This document shows positions 29,520-38,908 of a stretch of DNA of 64,000 nucleotides, one piece after another. The notes below the pieces were generated by a model that saw only the letters and a program-made list of their open reading frames with translations, was not told where the DNA came from and made no database searches. A program made the position numbers and the translations under genes. Location: assembly GCA_963663165.1 (NCBI GenBank), contig OY760175.1, forward strand, positions 3,616,001 through 3,680,000. Direction: 5' to 3'. Numbering within the stretch: the stretch's first letter is position 1; each line of letters opens with the position of its first letter. Source of the DNA: an uncultured Desulfospira sp. GTDB lineage: Bacteria; Desulfobacterota; Desulfobacteria; Desulfobacterales; Desulfobacteraceae.

Positions 29520-29668
29520 CTGTGTTTGGACAAAAAATTGCCCAGATGCAAGGCGTAACCTAAAGGTCAGAAACCAGGAAAATGTGCAACCGGAGCAACC
29601 TTTGGGGTTGTGAGGATTGCAGATTTTCCTGCAACGCAGCAGATGGGTGATTTTTCGTCCAAACACTA
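29520..29668. mobile_element. MITE-like palindromic element with GTGTTTGGAC(G/A)AAAA terminal inverted repeats
   Basis: GTGTTTGGACAAAAAATTGCCCAGATGC ... GCAGATGGGTGATTTTTCGTCCAAACACTA. The right end supplies the TAG stop of 29666-30550. Confidence 0.75.
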
Positions 29669-30550
29669 CTTATCGTCAACTTGCATAAAAACCGTGGTAT
29701 TATTGACCCTTCCGGTCGGGGCAATGGCCTGGACGATTTTAAACCCCTTGATATCCTCCGGCTGAACCGGCTTGTACAGCACGGCCTTCATGCCGGTGTA
29801 GGTGCGGAAAATCACCGGGGCCGGCCCCCGTTTTTTCAAGACGTTTAACAGGCTTTCAAAAATCCTGGCCTTAGGCTCGGCCAGGGCCGCCACCAGCATG
29901 ACATCCCAGTCCAGGTCCCCAAGGCCGGCATCATCGCCTTGAACAATCTCAATCTCTTTTTCAAGGCCCAGGCAGCTGATTACTTTTCTGGAGAGTGCCA
30001 CGGTTTCCGGATTGCTGTCAATCCCAATGGACCGGATACCGAAAAAATGGCTCATGAGGATCAAGGTCAATGGCACCGGGCCGGACCCTAAAAATGCCAG
30101 CTTTTTTTCAGGGGAGACGTGCATGGCCTCAATCTGATTTTTGACCAGGGCTTCATACCGGGGATAAAGGGGAAATTCGCTCAGATGCTGCCAGGGATCT
30201 TTGGCGGCAATAAGCTCTTTGGCCAGGTGGACCTCATGGATGCTGAAAAAGGTGGTGTAGTAGGAACGGATCAGGGGAAGCTCCTGGCGGATCTCTTTTT
30301 CGTCCAGGAGCAGCCCTGAAAGGTGGGTTCCGGCGTCCATGTGGGCCAGGTCATCCAGGATCTGGTACATCCGGTACAGCTCTTCGGGAGCAAGGGCCTT
30401 TAACATATCAGGGGAATAATGCCGGATCTTATCGGCAAATCCCATGATATGGGGTTTAATGATGGCAAGGCTGTTCTGGCAGTCTTTGCAGCACCCCAGA
30501 AAATCATGCTCCTTGAGCTCATGTTCGTGGAAAAAATTAATCTCGTGCAT
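29666..30550 (-). CDS. Nicotianamine synthase family protein (paralogue 1, resembling archaeal thermonicotianamine synthase)
   Basis: FPLYPRYEALVKNQ, AFLGSGPVPLT, DVMLVAALAEPKARIF, FRTYTGMKAVLY, GRVNNTTV; His/Cys-rich N-terminus. Confidence 0.9.
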   Translation of the reverse strand: MHEINFFHEHELKEHDFLGCCKDCQNSLAIIKPHIMGFADKIRHYSPDMLKALAPEELYRMYQILDDLAHMDAGTHLSGLLLDEKEIRQELPLIRSYYTTFFSIHEVHLAKELIAAKDPWQHLSEFPLYPRYEALVKNQIEAMHVSPEKKLAFLGSGPVPLTLILMSHFFGIRSIGIDSNPETVALSRKVISCLGLEKEIEIVQGDDAGLGDLDWDVMLVAALAEPKARIFESLLNVLKKRGPAPVIFRTYTGMKAVLYKPVQPEDIKGFKIVQAIAPTGRVNNTTVFMQVDDK

Positions 30551-30582
30551 GGGTCATCCCTAAAAATTGGGGCGCCGGAATA

Positions 30583-31206
30583 CTATTCTTCCTTCCGGCG
30601 GGATTTAAAGTACAGAAAAATCCCCATAAGGCCGAATATGTATCCGATTCCCCCGATAATTTCACTGGGTCCCGGGCCATGTTCGCTCAAATCCGCCACC
30701 ATTTTGGTCAGGGGGGTGATTTTTTTGTTCAAGGATGTTTCCACCGCTTTTTGGACAATGGCTTCAAGTTCTGCTTTATCAATAGAGGGAGCCGTCTCTT
30801 TTGCAGGCGGTGGCGGGGCATCAGCTGCGGCCCCCTGGGACTTATCCGAACCTGCCGCCGGTACGGCATCCTCCGGAATATCCTCAAGGGCAATGGTCCA
30901 CTCTGCCTTGTGCCCCATCCCGGCCAGCAGCTCAATACGCATGGCCGTCCGTTTGGGGAGGGCAAATGAAAACTCCCCGTTATCATCGGTTTTGGTGCGC
31001 AGCAGCTCATTGCCCTGGGTGTCCCATACGATCACTTCCGAGCCCTGGGGTCTTTTTCCGCCGCTGAACTTGCTTTCTCCCAATACCTTATTGCCTTCCA
31101 CCCAGGCAAAAACCGTTACTTTATGGGCCAGGGCAGTGCCGGAAAAAAGAATAAAACAAACCAATAAACAGAATATCGTCACACCATATTTTTGCTTCAT
31201 CGTCAC
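30583..31206 (-). CDS. CbiL/NikL-like accessory Ni/Co transport protein (periplasmic Ig-like domain + C-terminal TM)
   Basis: AHKVTVFAW...KTDDNGEFSF...GMGHKAEW...IIGGIGYIFGLMGI; directly downstream of cbiM. Confidence 0.85.
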   Translation of the reverse strand: MTMKQKYGVTIFCLLVCFILFSGTALAHKVTVFAWVEGNKVLGESKFSGGKRPQGSEVIVWDTQGNELLRTKTDDNGEFSFALPKRTAMRIELLAGMGHKAEWTIALEDIPEDAVPAAGSDKSQGAAADAPPPPAKETAPSIDKAELEAIVQKAVETSLNKKITPLTKMVADLSEHGPGPSEIIGGIGYIFGLMGIFLYFKSRRKEE

Positions 31207-31270
31207 TTCCTATCTGCGCAGGCAGCTGTTTGAAAAGCCAAGCGCGTGTTATTAACGTTTACCCCGGAGT

Positions 31271-31903
31271 CTAACCCAATTCCTGTCTGTTTACGGGTGC
31301 CGGACCCCATTGGGGCAGCAGCTCGGGCCTGACTTTTTTCAAAAACCCCACGCAGGATCCGGTCACCACGCCTTCAATAACCATGACCGGCAGATGGGCA
31401 ACCACAACGGCACAGGCCACTTCAAAGAAATTTTCTTCAGTAAACATGAGGCTGACCGCCACCAGGATGCTGGTTAAGAAAACACTTAAAAAGCCGCAGG
31501 CAAACGACGCGGCAAAAGAAACGGTTCCGCTCTTATGGATAAAAGAGCCGAACAGATAATAACAGATTACGGCGGGCCCTGCGACGTTGACCGTATTGAC
31601 GCCAAGGGTGGTAATTCCCCCAAACTGGAACAGCACCCCCTGGAGCAGCAGGGCAATCAGTATGGCGGGAAAAGCGGCCCACCCCAGCAAAAGCCCTAAA
31701 ATTCCGTTAAGAATCAGGTGGACGCTTGAGGGGCCCACCGGCACATGAATTAAGGACGCCACAAAAAATGCCGCCGACAAAATAGCGGCCTGGGGAACTT
31801 CATCTTCTTTGAGTTTTTTCAGTCCGATCACGGTTCCGGCGGCCGCAATGGCCATGCCGACACCCAGTACGGGAGCTGAAAGAACACCTTCTGAAATATG
31901 CAT
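31271..31903 (-). CDS. cbiM: ECF transporter substrate-binding component CbiM/NikM
   Basis: MHISEGVL N-terminus, AAFFVASLIHVPVGPSSVHL, FGGITTLGVN, HLPVMVIEG. Confidence 0.95.
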   Translation of the reverse strand: MHISEGVLSAPVLGVGMAIAAAGTVIGLKKLKEDEVPQAAILSAAFFVASLIHVPVGPSSVHLILNGILGLLLGWAAFPAILIALLLQGVLFQFGGITTLGVNTVNVAGPAVICYYLFGSFIHKSGTVSFAASFACGFLSVFLTSILVAVSLMFTEENFFEVACAVVVAHLPVMVIEGVVTGSCVGFLKKVRPELLPQWGPAPVNRQELG

Positions 31904-31919
31904 AATACCTTCTTGTTTT

Positions 31920-32036
31920 TTAGCTGTTAGCTATTAGCTGTTAGCCGTTAGCCAGCTGATAGCCGTGGCCAGCCGATAGCAGTTAGCCGGCCGAGACGGT
32001 CTAAAGGCTAACTGCTAAAAGCTAAGGGCTAAAGGC
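31920..32036. repeat. Tandem/inverted heptamer repeats (TAGCTGT / GCTAAAA)
   Basis: tagctgt tagctat tagctgt tagccgt tagc ... gctaact gctaaaa gctaagg gctaaag. Confidence 0.7.
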
Positions 32037-32816
32037 TTATTTACTCTGCCAGTCTTCGAATTTTACCCATATAACGGCACCCAGCTCCACGCCCTTTTCC
32101 TGGCCGTCCTGCTTCATGGTAAAATCAGCTTCGTTAAGGGCGGCAAATCCCCACCATCCGGACTTGGGAGCGGCATAGGTAAAGATGCCGTTGGCATCGG
32201 CCTTGATGGTCTGGGTGACCATATAATCGGTGGGGGCTTCGGACTTGCCGTCTTCATTATAATATTCCACTTCCACTTCGGCATAGGGAACGGCTTTGCC
32301 GTCCAGTTTGACGATGCCCTGGAACACATTGCCGGTATAAAGGGCAAAGGGTTTGGAAAGAGGGACGATTTCGGTTTTCAGGCCGACCTCTTCATCCCAG
32401 CCTTCATCATCGCCGAAAGCCGTGACCACGGTTTTGGTGTAATGAATAATAAAGCAGTCTTCGGCAGGTTCCCAGTAGGGGACAGGTTCCATGTGAAAGG
32501 TATAAACCCCGGGCCTCTGGACTTTGTAATCGGTTTTCCAGGCGGTATGGTCCATTACCTTTGCCTGCTGTAAGGTGCCTAATAAATCTTGTGCCTTGCC
32601 GTTGGCAACAACGGCAAACACTTTGGGTTTAACCAGTTCCATCCCGTGGCCTTCAAAGGGATGGGAAAAAGAGGCGGTAATATGGACGGTCTTGTCTTCA
32701 TCCTGCATGACCATAGCGTCTGAAGGAATGACCATTCCGTAATGGGCCTGAACAGAGGCCAGACCAAAAATCAAACCACAAACCATAACCCCTGATGCCA
32801 GAATCGCTTTTTTCAT
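32037..32816 (-). CDS. DUF4198 periplasmic protein (NikK-like Ni/Co uptake accessory)
   Basis: Signal peptide, mature N-terminal His (AHYGMVIPS), HPFEG, PYWEPAED, GLKTEIVPL, KADANGIF, GWWGFAAL. Confidence 0.92.
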   Translation of the reverse strand: MKKAILASGVMVCGLIFGLASVQAHYGMVIPSDAMVMQDEDKTVHITASFSHPFEGHGMELVKPKVFAVVANGKAQDLLGTLQQAKVMDHTAWKTDYKVQRPGVYTFHMEPVPYWEPAEDCFIIHYTKTVVTAFGDDEGWDEEVGLKTEIVPLSKPFALYTGNVFQGIVKLDGKAVPYAEVEVEYYNEDGKSEAPTDYMVTQTIKADANGIFTYAAPKSGWWGFAALNEADFTMKQDGQEKGVELGAVIWVKFEDWQSK

Positions 32817-33122
32817 AACCTTTTTCTCCTGTGAGTCCTGTGTGTAAAAAAAATACGCAAAATTGCGTTGCCAAATTCGTTACAACCTTCGTGGTTTGAT
32901 TGTTAAAAAATAGCTGACAGACAAAATAACTGGACCGCAGGCTTCGTGCCTGCATTAAAAATTACCTAACTTTGTATATTAAAATCCCGATAGAAGCAAT
33001 GAGAAAAATGGAAACCGAAGACCGTAAAACGGGAGACCGGATGTTGAGAATCCAGCAGGTTACACCCGGGGCGGTGGCCGTGGCCAGTCCGGAATGCAAG
33101 GGCCGAAGGATGTTTCAGTACC

Positions 33123-33160
33123 CAAAAAGGCCGGCATCTTTTCAGATACCGGCCTTTTTC
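33123..33160. terminator. Intrinsic terminator
   Basis: AAAAAGGCCGGcATCT-tttc-AGATaCCGGCCTTTTT. Confidence 0.75.
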
Positions 33161-33187
33161 AGGTTTAAGGAGGGTCGTTATGGCTGT

Positions 33188-33790
33188 TTAGCTGTGTTTT
33201 CCTCTAATGGCGCCGGTCAAAGCAAGCATTCCGGTCCCGAGCAGGGTCAAGGTGCCGGGTACGGGAACTGCGGAGGCTTTTGTAAATACGGCGTAAACCG
33301 CATCGGCTTCATCGGCAGTGCTTTTCGAGGCGCTTAGATATTTTGTAGCAATTTCATCTGAAGGGTCACTGGCATAGTTTCTGGCGTATACCAATGTAAG
33401 ATAGGTGCTGCTCCAAGAGGCTGTATCATAGGCTATATACACTTTTGCTGAAGTCGCAGAATCTTCAATCCCGAACAGTGTGGCGGGATCATTATAATCG
33501 CCTGTAAATACCTGCTCCAGCAATGCCTCGGCCGCTGCTGTCGCAGCCTCTTCCGAATCAAAGTCAAAGGTCCATGTGCCGTTTTCGTAGGTATATGCAT
33601 CATAACCTGTTCCTTCAACAAACTCCACATTGTACAGATCCCCACCAATTTCTACGTTATAGGCTTTAATTATTTCGTTATTGCTGTTAAATTCCAGTGT
33701 TACAGTTGCAGCAGATGCTGTGGAGCAAAAAAATACAGCGCAACCCAACATTACACAGAATGCGGTAAATACGGCCTTGATTTTATTCAT
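33188..33790 (-). CDS. VPLPA/PEP-CTERM sorting-domain surface protein
   Basis: Signal peptide ending ASA; C-terminus VPVPGTLTLLGTGMLALTGAIRGKHS; RBS AAGGAG. Confidence 0.88.
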   Translation of the reverse strand: MNKIKAVFTAFCVMLGCAVFFCSTASAATVTLEFNSNNEIIKAYNVEIGGDLYNVEFVEGTGYDAYTYENGTWTFDFDSEEAATAAAEALLEQVFTGDYNDPATLFGIEDSATSAKVYIAYDTASWSSTYLTLVYARNYASDPSDEIATKYLSASKSTADEADAVYAVFTKASAVPVPGTLTLLGTGMLALTGAIRGKHS

Positions 33791-33924
33791 GTCAAAAACT
33801 CCTTTTTAATATTTGTTATTCCCATTGGCTGAACCCCCGATGTTTAATCGTCGAATAAATGCCGGCCTGTTTCCGGGGCAGGCCGACACAATAAAAGACC
33901 ATGTCATTGAGAATGATATCCTGG

Positions 33925-34570
33925 CTAACCAAGCTTATTTTTCCGGTTCACGCCGGCAATCAGGGCCAGGCCGGAACCCAGCAGAATCAGAGCCGAAGGA
34001 ACCGGTACCGGGGCGGCATCAACCACCACCCAGGCACCGAGGTTGGAGCCGTAAGAACTGTCTGAAACTGCTTTAGTATATTTATTTGAATAACTAATGG
34101 TCTGATTATCCAAATCAAGCTGGATATATATATGTCTGCCTATGGCCGCTGGCACTGGCTTCGTCGTACCGGGCATTATAGTATTCTGCATATCCGATAA
34201 GCGTGCCCCTGGTGTTGGTTCTGGTTGACGCCAGACAAGGCTCAAATGCCGCATAAATCTCTGCCGCACTATAAGAATACAGGTTGGCAATATCATCAGA
34301 CGTTGCCATGCGCCATTCGCCGTATGAGCCGTATTCTTCAGACTCAGACAGTGCGTCAATGGCCGCAAGCTGAGCCGCATAGTACAAGATCACGCCTTCC
34401 GAACTTCTGGAATTGAACATGGCCAGATCCTGGATCCAGTACTGGTTGTTCACATCGTCATAAATTACGCCGTCTCCCATATCTATCAAAGATGCTGAAG
34501 CCGGTCCGGCAAACCAGATCAGGCTTAAAATTAAAATACTTCCCAATTTAATCAACATATGTTTTTTCAT
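33925..34570 (-). pseudogene. Frameshifted (possibly phase-variable) PEP-CTERM surface protein
   Basis: The N-terminal ORF 34115-34570 has the signal peptide. The overlapping frame 33925-34380 carries PVPVPSALILLGSGLALIAGVNRKNKLG. The frames can join at (AT)5, 34124-34133. Confidence 0.85.
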
Positions 34571-34759
34571 TGCATTTTCCTCTTTGTTAAAAAATCGAAT
34601 TACCCATTTTTTGTACTCATCAAAAATTCATAACACGGCTGGGAATAAGGAAAACGTACCCGGAAAGTTGCTGCCCATATTTCCCGCCTTTAAATGGCCG
34701 CAGGCTTTGTTCTTTGAACCTGCCGGCGCAAGACAGGATATATCTTGGCGGCAAAAAAA

Positions 34760-34783
34760 ATGCTGGGACTTTCTTGCTAAATG
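34760..34783 (-). promoter_or_regulatory. PEP-CTERM leader motif (copy C)
   Basis: CATTTAGCAAGAAAGTCCCAGCAT, about 190 nt upstream of the 34570 start. Confidence 0.45.
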
Positions 34784-34902
34784 TTAGCACTTTAGGGAAA
34801 AGGTTCCCATATGAATAGTCTCTGTTTTTTCTTTGACTATCGGCGCAAAACGTTGTATTTTGAAACGTTTTGTAGTTTTACCGATAGACTTATGGAGCTG
34901 AG

Positions 34903-35010
34903 ATGAGAATGACAATATCACCTGCTATCCTTGTGGCGCTGGGACTTGGAGTAATCTTCACCGCTGCGATGATCGGCCTTGCTGTGGCCATCAAAAAGGA
35001 CATGATCTAA
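34903..35010 (+). CDS. 35-aa single-TM small protein
   Basis: MRMTISPAILVALGLGVIFTAAMIGLAVAIKKDMI*; RBS GGAG; TTGACT-17-TATTTT promoter at 34833-34861; terminator directly after. Confidence 0.75.
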   Translation: MRMTISPAILVALGLGVIFTAAMIGLAVAIKKDMI

Positions 35011-35017
35011 TCTCTAT

Positions 35018-35054
35018 AATCCCCCGGTCTCCTGACCGGGGGATTTTTTCTTTT
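35018..35054 (+). terminator. Intrinsic terminator
   Basis: AATCCCCCGGTC-tcct-GACCGGGGGATT followed by a T tract. Confidence 0.85.
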
Positions 35055-35131
35055 CCCTTCTTATCAGCAGTGCCCCATCTTCGCTCATTCAGGCCTTCTC
35101 ACATAGCAACAGTATGCTACGAAGTCCTGAC

Positions 35132-35224
35132 TAACGGCCACGGGCCGCCTTGGTTATCCAACCAAGCACCGCCCACAACAAATAATGAAAGTCTTCTCAA
35201 GATGTTAGTGAGACTTTCTTATAA
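35132..35224 (+). repeat. Dispersed ~90-bp structured intergenic repeat, copy 3
   Basis: TAACGGCCACGGGCCGCCTTGGTTATCCAACCAAGCACCGCCCACAACAAATAATGAAAGTCTTCTCAAGATGTTAGTGAGACTTTCTTATA. Confidence 0.8.
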
Positions 35225-35479
35225 AAACAAATATGAAGCACTGATGAACAGTTACGGACCTTGGTTTTGTTTAGTTTTCAGCATTAGCTGAATAGTTACA
35301 AATTTTTATTTAATCTTTAAAATAACCTCTCTGAATGGTGGTGAACAACATCTCGTTGTGTAAAAACGTTAAGACTAAAATCTAATATGCCGATCCCCAA
35401 ACCTTCTTACCATCTTGGAGATGGCTGCCGTCCCAAGTGGATGCGGTGAAACCACCCATGCCATCCCGAAAGGAACCCC

Positions 35480-38440
35480 ATGAGCAAAGCAGGCTATAGT
35501 ATCCGGACAAAACTGATTGCCATATTTGTACTCATCAAGGTGCTGCCCCTGATTGCCCTGGCCTGGTTTTTCTGGCTCGGGATTTCCCATCTGGCCGACA
35601 GCCTCAATACCCAGACCGCTAAAATGGCCGAAGACTCAGGCCGCCTGGTCGGCGGCATTGCCGATATGGCCACAGGTAACTCCATTGAGGCCCTGGACAA
35701 CCATTCCAGGGAAGCCATTGAACGCCTGACAACGGACACGGCCCGCAGGGTGGCCGCCTTTTTATATGACCGGGACGTGGATATCCGGCAGGCGGCACAG
35801 CTTGATCCCACCCCTGAAAATTTCACTGATTTTCTCTCCAAACGGACCCGGCCGGTTATGCTGGACAACGGCAGCTGGCAAATGGATGAAGCAGGGGAAA
35901 AATGGATACAGACCGCCCCTGAACCCCAAAACACCAAAGACGTAACCGCACGGAACAAGGACAATGAAACCCAGTTTCATTACCGGCCGCCGGAGCCCGA
36001 AGCCCGGATCGAACAGCGCCCCTTATTCCTTGAGATGACCTATGTGGATCTGTCTGGAAAGGAAAAGGTCAAAGTCATCACATCGCATCTGCTGCCCGAT
36101 ACGCTTCTGGATATTTCAAAAAAAGAAAACACCTTTTGCCGGGCGGAGACCTATTTTGAGTCTCTTAAAACCATCACCCCCGAAGACATTTATGTTTCCG
36201 AGGTGATCGGGCCCTATGTCAAGGGGTTCCTCCCCGGAGGGCCTTACAGCAAGGTCCGGGCCAAACAGCGCAACATGGCCTTTGAACCGGAAACCTCGGG
36301 CTATGCCGGAAAGGAAAACCCACTGGGAATACGGTTCCAAGGGCTTATCCGGTGGGCCGCACCGGTGGTAAGCCAGGGAGAAGTCAAAGGGTACGTCACC
36401 CTGGCCCTGGATCATACCCATATCATGGAATTCACCGACCACCTGGTTCCTACCCCGGAACGGTACTGCATTACATCCGATGCCGGCTCGGGCAACTATG
36501 CCTTTATGTGGGATTATAAAGGCCGGAATATCTCCCATCCCCGGGATTATTTTATTTACGGGTATGACCCTGAAACCGGTGAACAGGCGGTGCCGTGGCT
36601 TGAAGCCTCCCTTTATCCCCAATGGCTTGAATGCCGGGGGAGCATGACGGAATTTGAGAAAAAGGTTCCCTGGTTTGATGCCCAGTCTTTAAAGAAAAAA
36701 CCGTCTGCCGAACTCACGGGCCAGGGGTTTGTGGGCCTGGACGGCCGGTTCCTTAATTTTGCCCCCCAGTGTACCGGGTGGCACACCCTGACCCAGCACG
36801 GCGGTTCCGGGTCATTTCTGATTTTCTGGAGCAAGCTGTGGAAACTGACGACAGCGGCCGCCATTCCCTATCATACCGGCATATACAAGGCCCACCCCAG
36901 GGGGTTCGGCTACGTGACCATTGGTGCCAATGTGGACCAGTTTCATAAGCCGGCCGTGGACACTGCCGCCAAAATTGATGCGGTCAAAAAGGCGTTTGAA
37001 AACAACCTTAAACAGCAAAAGGAAGACAACCAGGCCTATATCCGGTCCATCCTCCACAATACCTCCATCAGAATGGCCGTTTATACCCTGCTGATGGTTG
37101 CCCTGGTCATTTTCATTGCCCTGTGGATGGCCGCCGCCCTTACCGGGAAAATCACCCACATGATCCATGGCATCAGAACCTTCAGAGAAGGGGACCGGAC
37201 CTTCCGCCTGACCCAGACATCAACAGATGAAATGGGGCAGCTGGTCTTCTCCTTTAACCAGATGGCCGATAAAATCCAGCAATCCCTTGAGGAAACCGAA
37301 TCGGCCAGGGAAACCGCAGAACAGGCCAATATCCGCCTTAAGACCGAAGTTGCCGACCGAAAGGCGGCCCAGGAAGAGCTTTCCCGTCATAAGGAACATC
37401 TTGAAGACATGGTGAAAGAAAGAACCGCAGAACTTGAAAAACAAATCCTGGAGCGCAAACGGGCTGAAGAAGAGCTGGTACAGTCCGAGAAAATGGCGGC
37501 CTTAGGACAGCTCATTGCCGGCATTGCCCATGAGATCAACACCCCCATGGGTGCCATCAAATCCAGCGGCAGCAATATTTCAGATTCCATCAGCCACCTT
37601 AACGAAGATTTGCCTGCTGTGGCGGCAAGCCTGGAACCCGATCAGTTCAGACTTTTCCAGGACCTGCTCAAAAAGCCTGAACAAAGGGCAACCCTGCTTA
37701 CCAGCCGGGAGGAACGAAAACTCATCCGCAAGGTCAGCGAGACCCTGGCCAATGAAGGGATTGACAACAGCCGGCAGATGGCCTTTTTACTGGTTCAGCT
37801 CAATGCCCATGAAAATGTCGATGATTTTTTCCCCCTTCTCAAGCACAAAAATTCTGAATTTATATTTGAAACCGCTTACGGGCTTTACTCGGTTACCAGC
37901 AACACCGCCAATATCAACCAGGCCGTTGACCGGATCAGCAAAATTATTTATGCCCTCAAATCCTACGTCCGGCAAGGCGATTCCAATGAAAAAACACCAA
38001 CCGATATTGTGGAAGGGATTGAAACCGTTTTGACCATTTACCACAGCCAGATCAAGCAGGATATTGAACTAATCAAAGATGTTAACCCGGTTTCCCCCAT
38101 CATGGGGTACCCCGACGAATTAAACCAGGTATGGACCAATCTGATCCACAATGCCCTCCAGGCCATGGATTATAAGGGGGTGCTGAAAATCACCGTCACG
38201 GACCAGGGCCGGGAAGTGGCCGTGAGTATCAGCGATACCGGATGCGGCATCCCCGAAGAAAACATGGATAAAATTTTTAACCCGTTTTTCACCACAAAAC
38301 CAAGGGGGGAAGGCAGCGGGTTAGGGCTTGATATCATCAAAAAAATCATTGAACGGCATGACGGGAGAATTGGCCTTGACAGTATCGTTGGAAAGGGAAC
38401 CACCTTCACGGTTTTTCTTCCCAAACAGGGAGATGCATGA
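35480..38440 (+). CDS. Membrane sensor histidine kinase (large periplasmic domain, HAMP, HisKA, HATPase)
   Basis: Two TMs, DEMGQL..FNQM HAMP, AGIAHEINTP H-box, NLIHNA, DTGCG, FFTTK, GSGLGL. Confidence 0.95.
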   Translation: MSKAGYSIRTKLIAIFVLIKVLPLIALAWFFWLGISHLADSLNTQTAKMAEDSGRLVGGIADMATGNSIEALDNHSREAIERLTTDTARRVAAFLYDRDVDIRQAAQLDPTPENFTDFLSKRTRPVMLDNGSWQMDEAGEKWIQTAPEPQNTKDVTARNKDNETQFHYRPPEPEARIEQRPLFLEMTYVDLSGKEKVKVITSHLLPDTLLDISKKENTFCRAETYFESLKTITPEDIYVSEVIGPYVKGFLPGGPYSKVRAKQRNMAFEPETSGYAGKENPLGIRFQGLIRWAAPVVSQGEVKGYVTLALDHTHIMEFTDHLVPTPERYCITSDAGSGNYAFMWDYKGRNISHPRDYFIYGYDPETGEQAVPWLEASLYPQWLECRGSMTEFEKKVPWFDAQSLKKKPSAELTGQGFVGLDGRFLNFAPQCTGWHTLTQHGGSGSFLIFWSKLWKLTTAAAIPYHTGIYKAHPRGFGYVTIGANVDQFHKPAVDTAAKIDAVKKAFENNLKQQKEDNQAYIRSILHNTSIRMAVYTLLMVALVIFIALWMAAALTGKITHMIHGIRTFREGDRTFRLTQTSTDEMGQLVFSFNQMADKIQQSLEETESARETAEQANIRLKTEVADRKAAQEELSRHKEHLEDMVKERTAELEKQILERKRAEEELVQSEKMAALGQLIAGIAHEINTPMGAIKSSGSNISDSISHLNEDLPAVAASLEPDQFRLFQDLLKKPEQRATLLTSREERKLIRKVSETLANEGIDNSRQMAFLLVQLNAHENVDDFFPLLKHKNSEFIFETAYGLYSVTSNTANINQAVDRISKIIYALKSYVRQGDSNEKTPTDIVEGIETVLTIYHSQIKQDIELIKDVNPVSPIMGYPDELNQVWTNLIHNALQAMDYKGVLKITVTDQGREVAVSISDTGCGIPEENMDKIFNPFFTTKPRGEGSGLGLDIIKKIIERHDGRIGLDSIVGKGTTFTVFLPKQGDA

Positions 38441-38874
38441 TGAAGACATCTGAAAAATGTTTGATTTTGTGTGTAGATGATGAGCCCATGGTGCTGCATT
38501 CACTGCGTGACCAGCTTTACAAAGCCTATGGGAAAAGATATACTATTGAAATTGCCCAGAGTGCTGAAGAAGGCCTGGAAATTTTAGATGATCTTTACCG
38601 GGACGGGTTTGTCCCGTTGATCATTATTTCCGACTGGCTGATGCCCGGGATGAAAGGGGATGATTTTTTGATTGAGGCCCACCGACGATTTCCCCATGTG
38701 ATCAAGGTGATGCTGTCCGGCCAGGCCGATGACGCGGCCGTAACAAGGGCTAAAAATGAGGCGGATATGTTTGATTTTATCACCAAGCCATGGGACGCCG
38801 GGGAACTGATCCGGTCTATTGATGAAGGGATCGCGCAGTATGCCATGGGCCAGGACCGAAGCGGGCGGGTTTAA
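38437..38874 (+). CDS. Single-domain response regulator
   Basis: ILCVDDE, IISDWLMPGMKG, MLSG, FITKPW. Confidence 0.93.
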   Translation: MMKTSEKCLILCVDDEPMVLHSLRDQLYKAYGKRYTIEIAQSAEEGLEILDDLYRDGFVPLIIISDWLMPGMKGDDFLIEAHRRFPHVIKVMLSGQADDAAVTRAKNEADMFDFITKPWDAGELIRSIDEGIAQYAMGQDRSGRV

Positions 38875-38908
38875 GCCCCTTTAACACGAACAAAAATGGT
38901 AAAACAAC

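Noticed and set aside
31920..32036. Possible CRISPR array
   Set aside because: 7-bp microrepeats without unique spacers. No cas genes or repeat-spacer array anywhere in the window.
32820..32970. Cobalamin or NiCo riboswitch upstream of DUF4198-cbiM
   Set aside because: No B12-box or NiCo conserved core could be found by eye; only small hairpins.
32972..33337. 121-aa plus-strand ORF
   Set aside because: Runs through a terminator and antisense into the PEP-CTERM gene; no motif.
35245..35299. Two TGAA(C/T)AGTTAC words resembling IS terminal repeats
   Set aside because: Same orientation and no transposase; too short to call an element.
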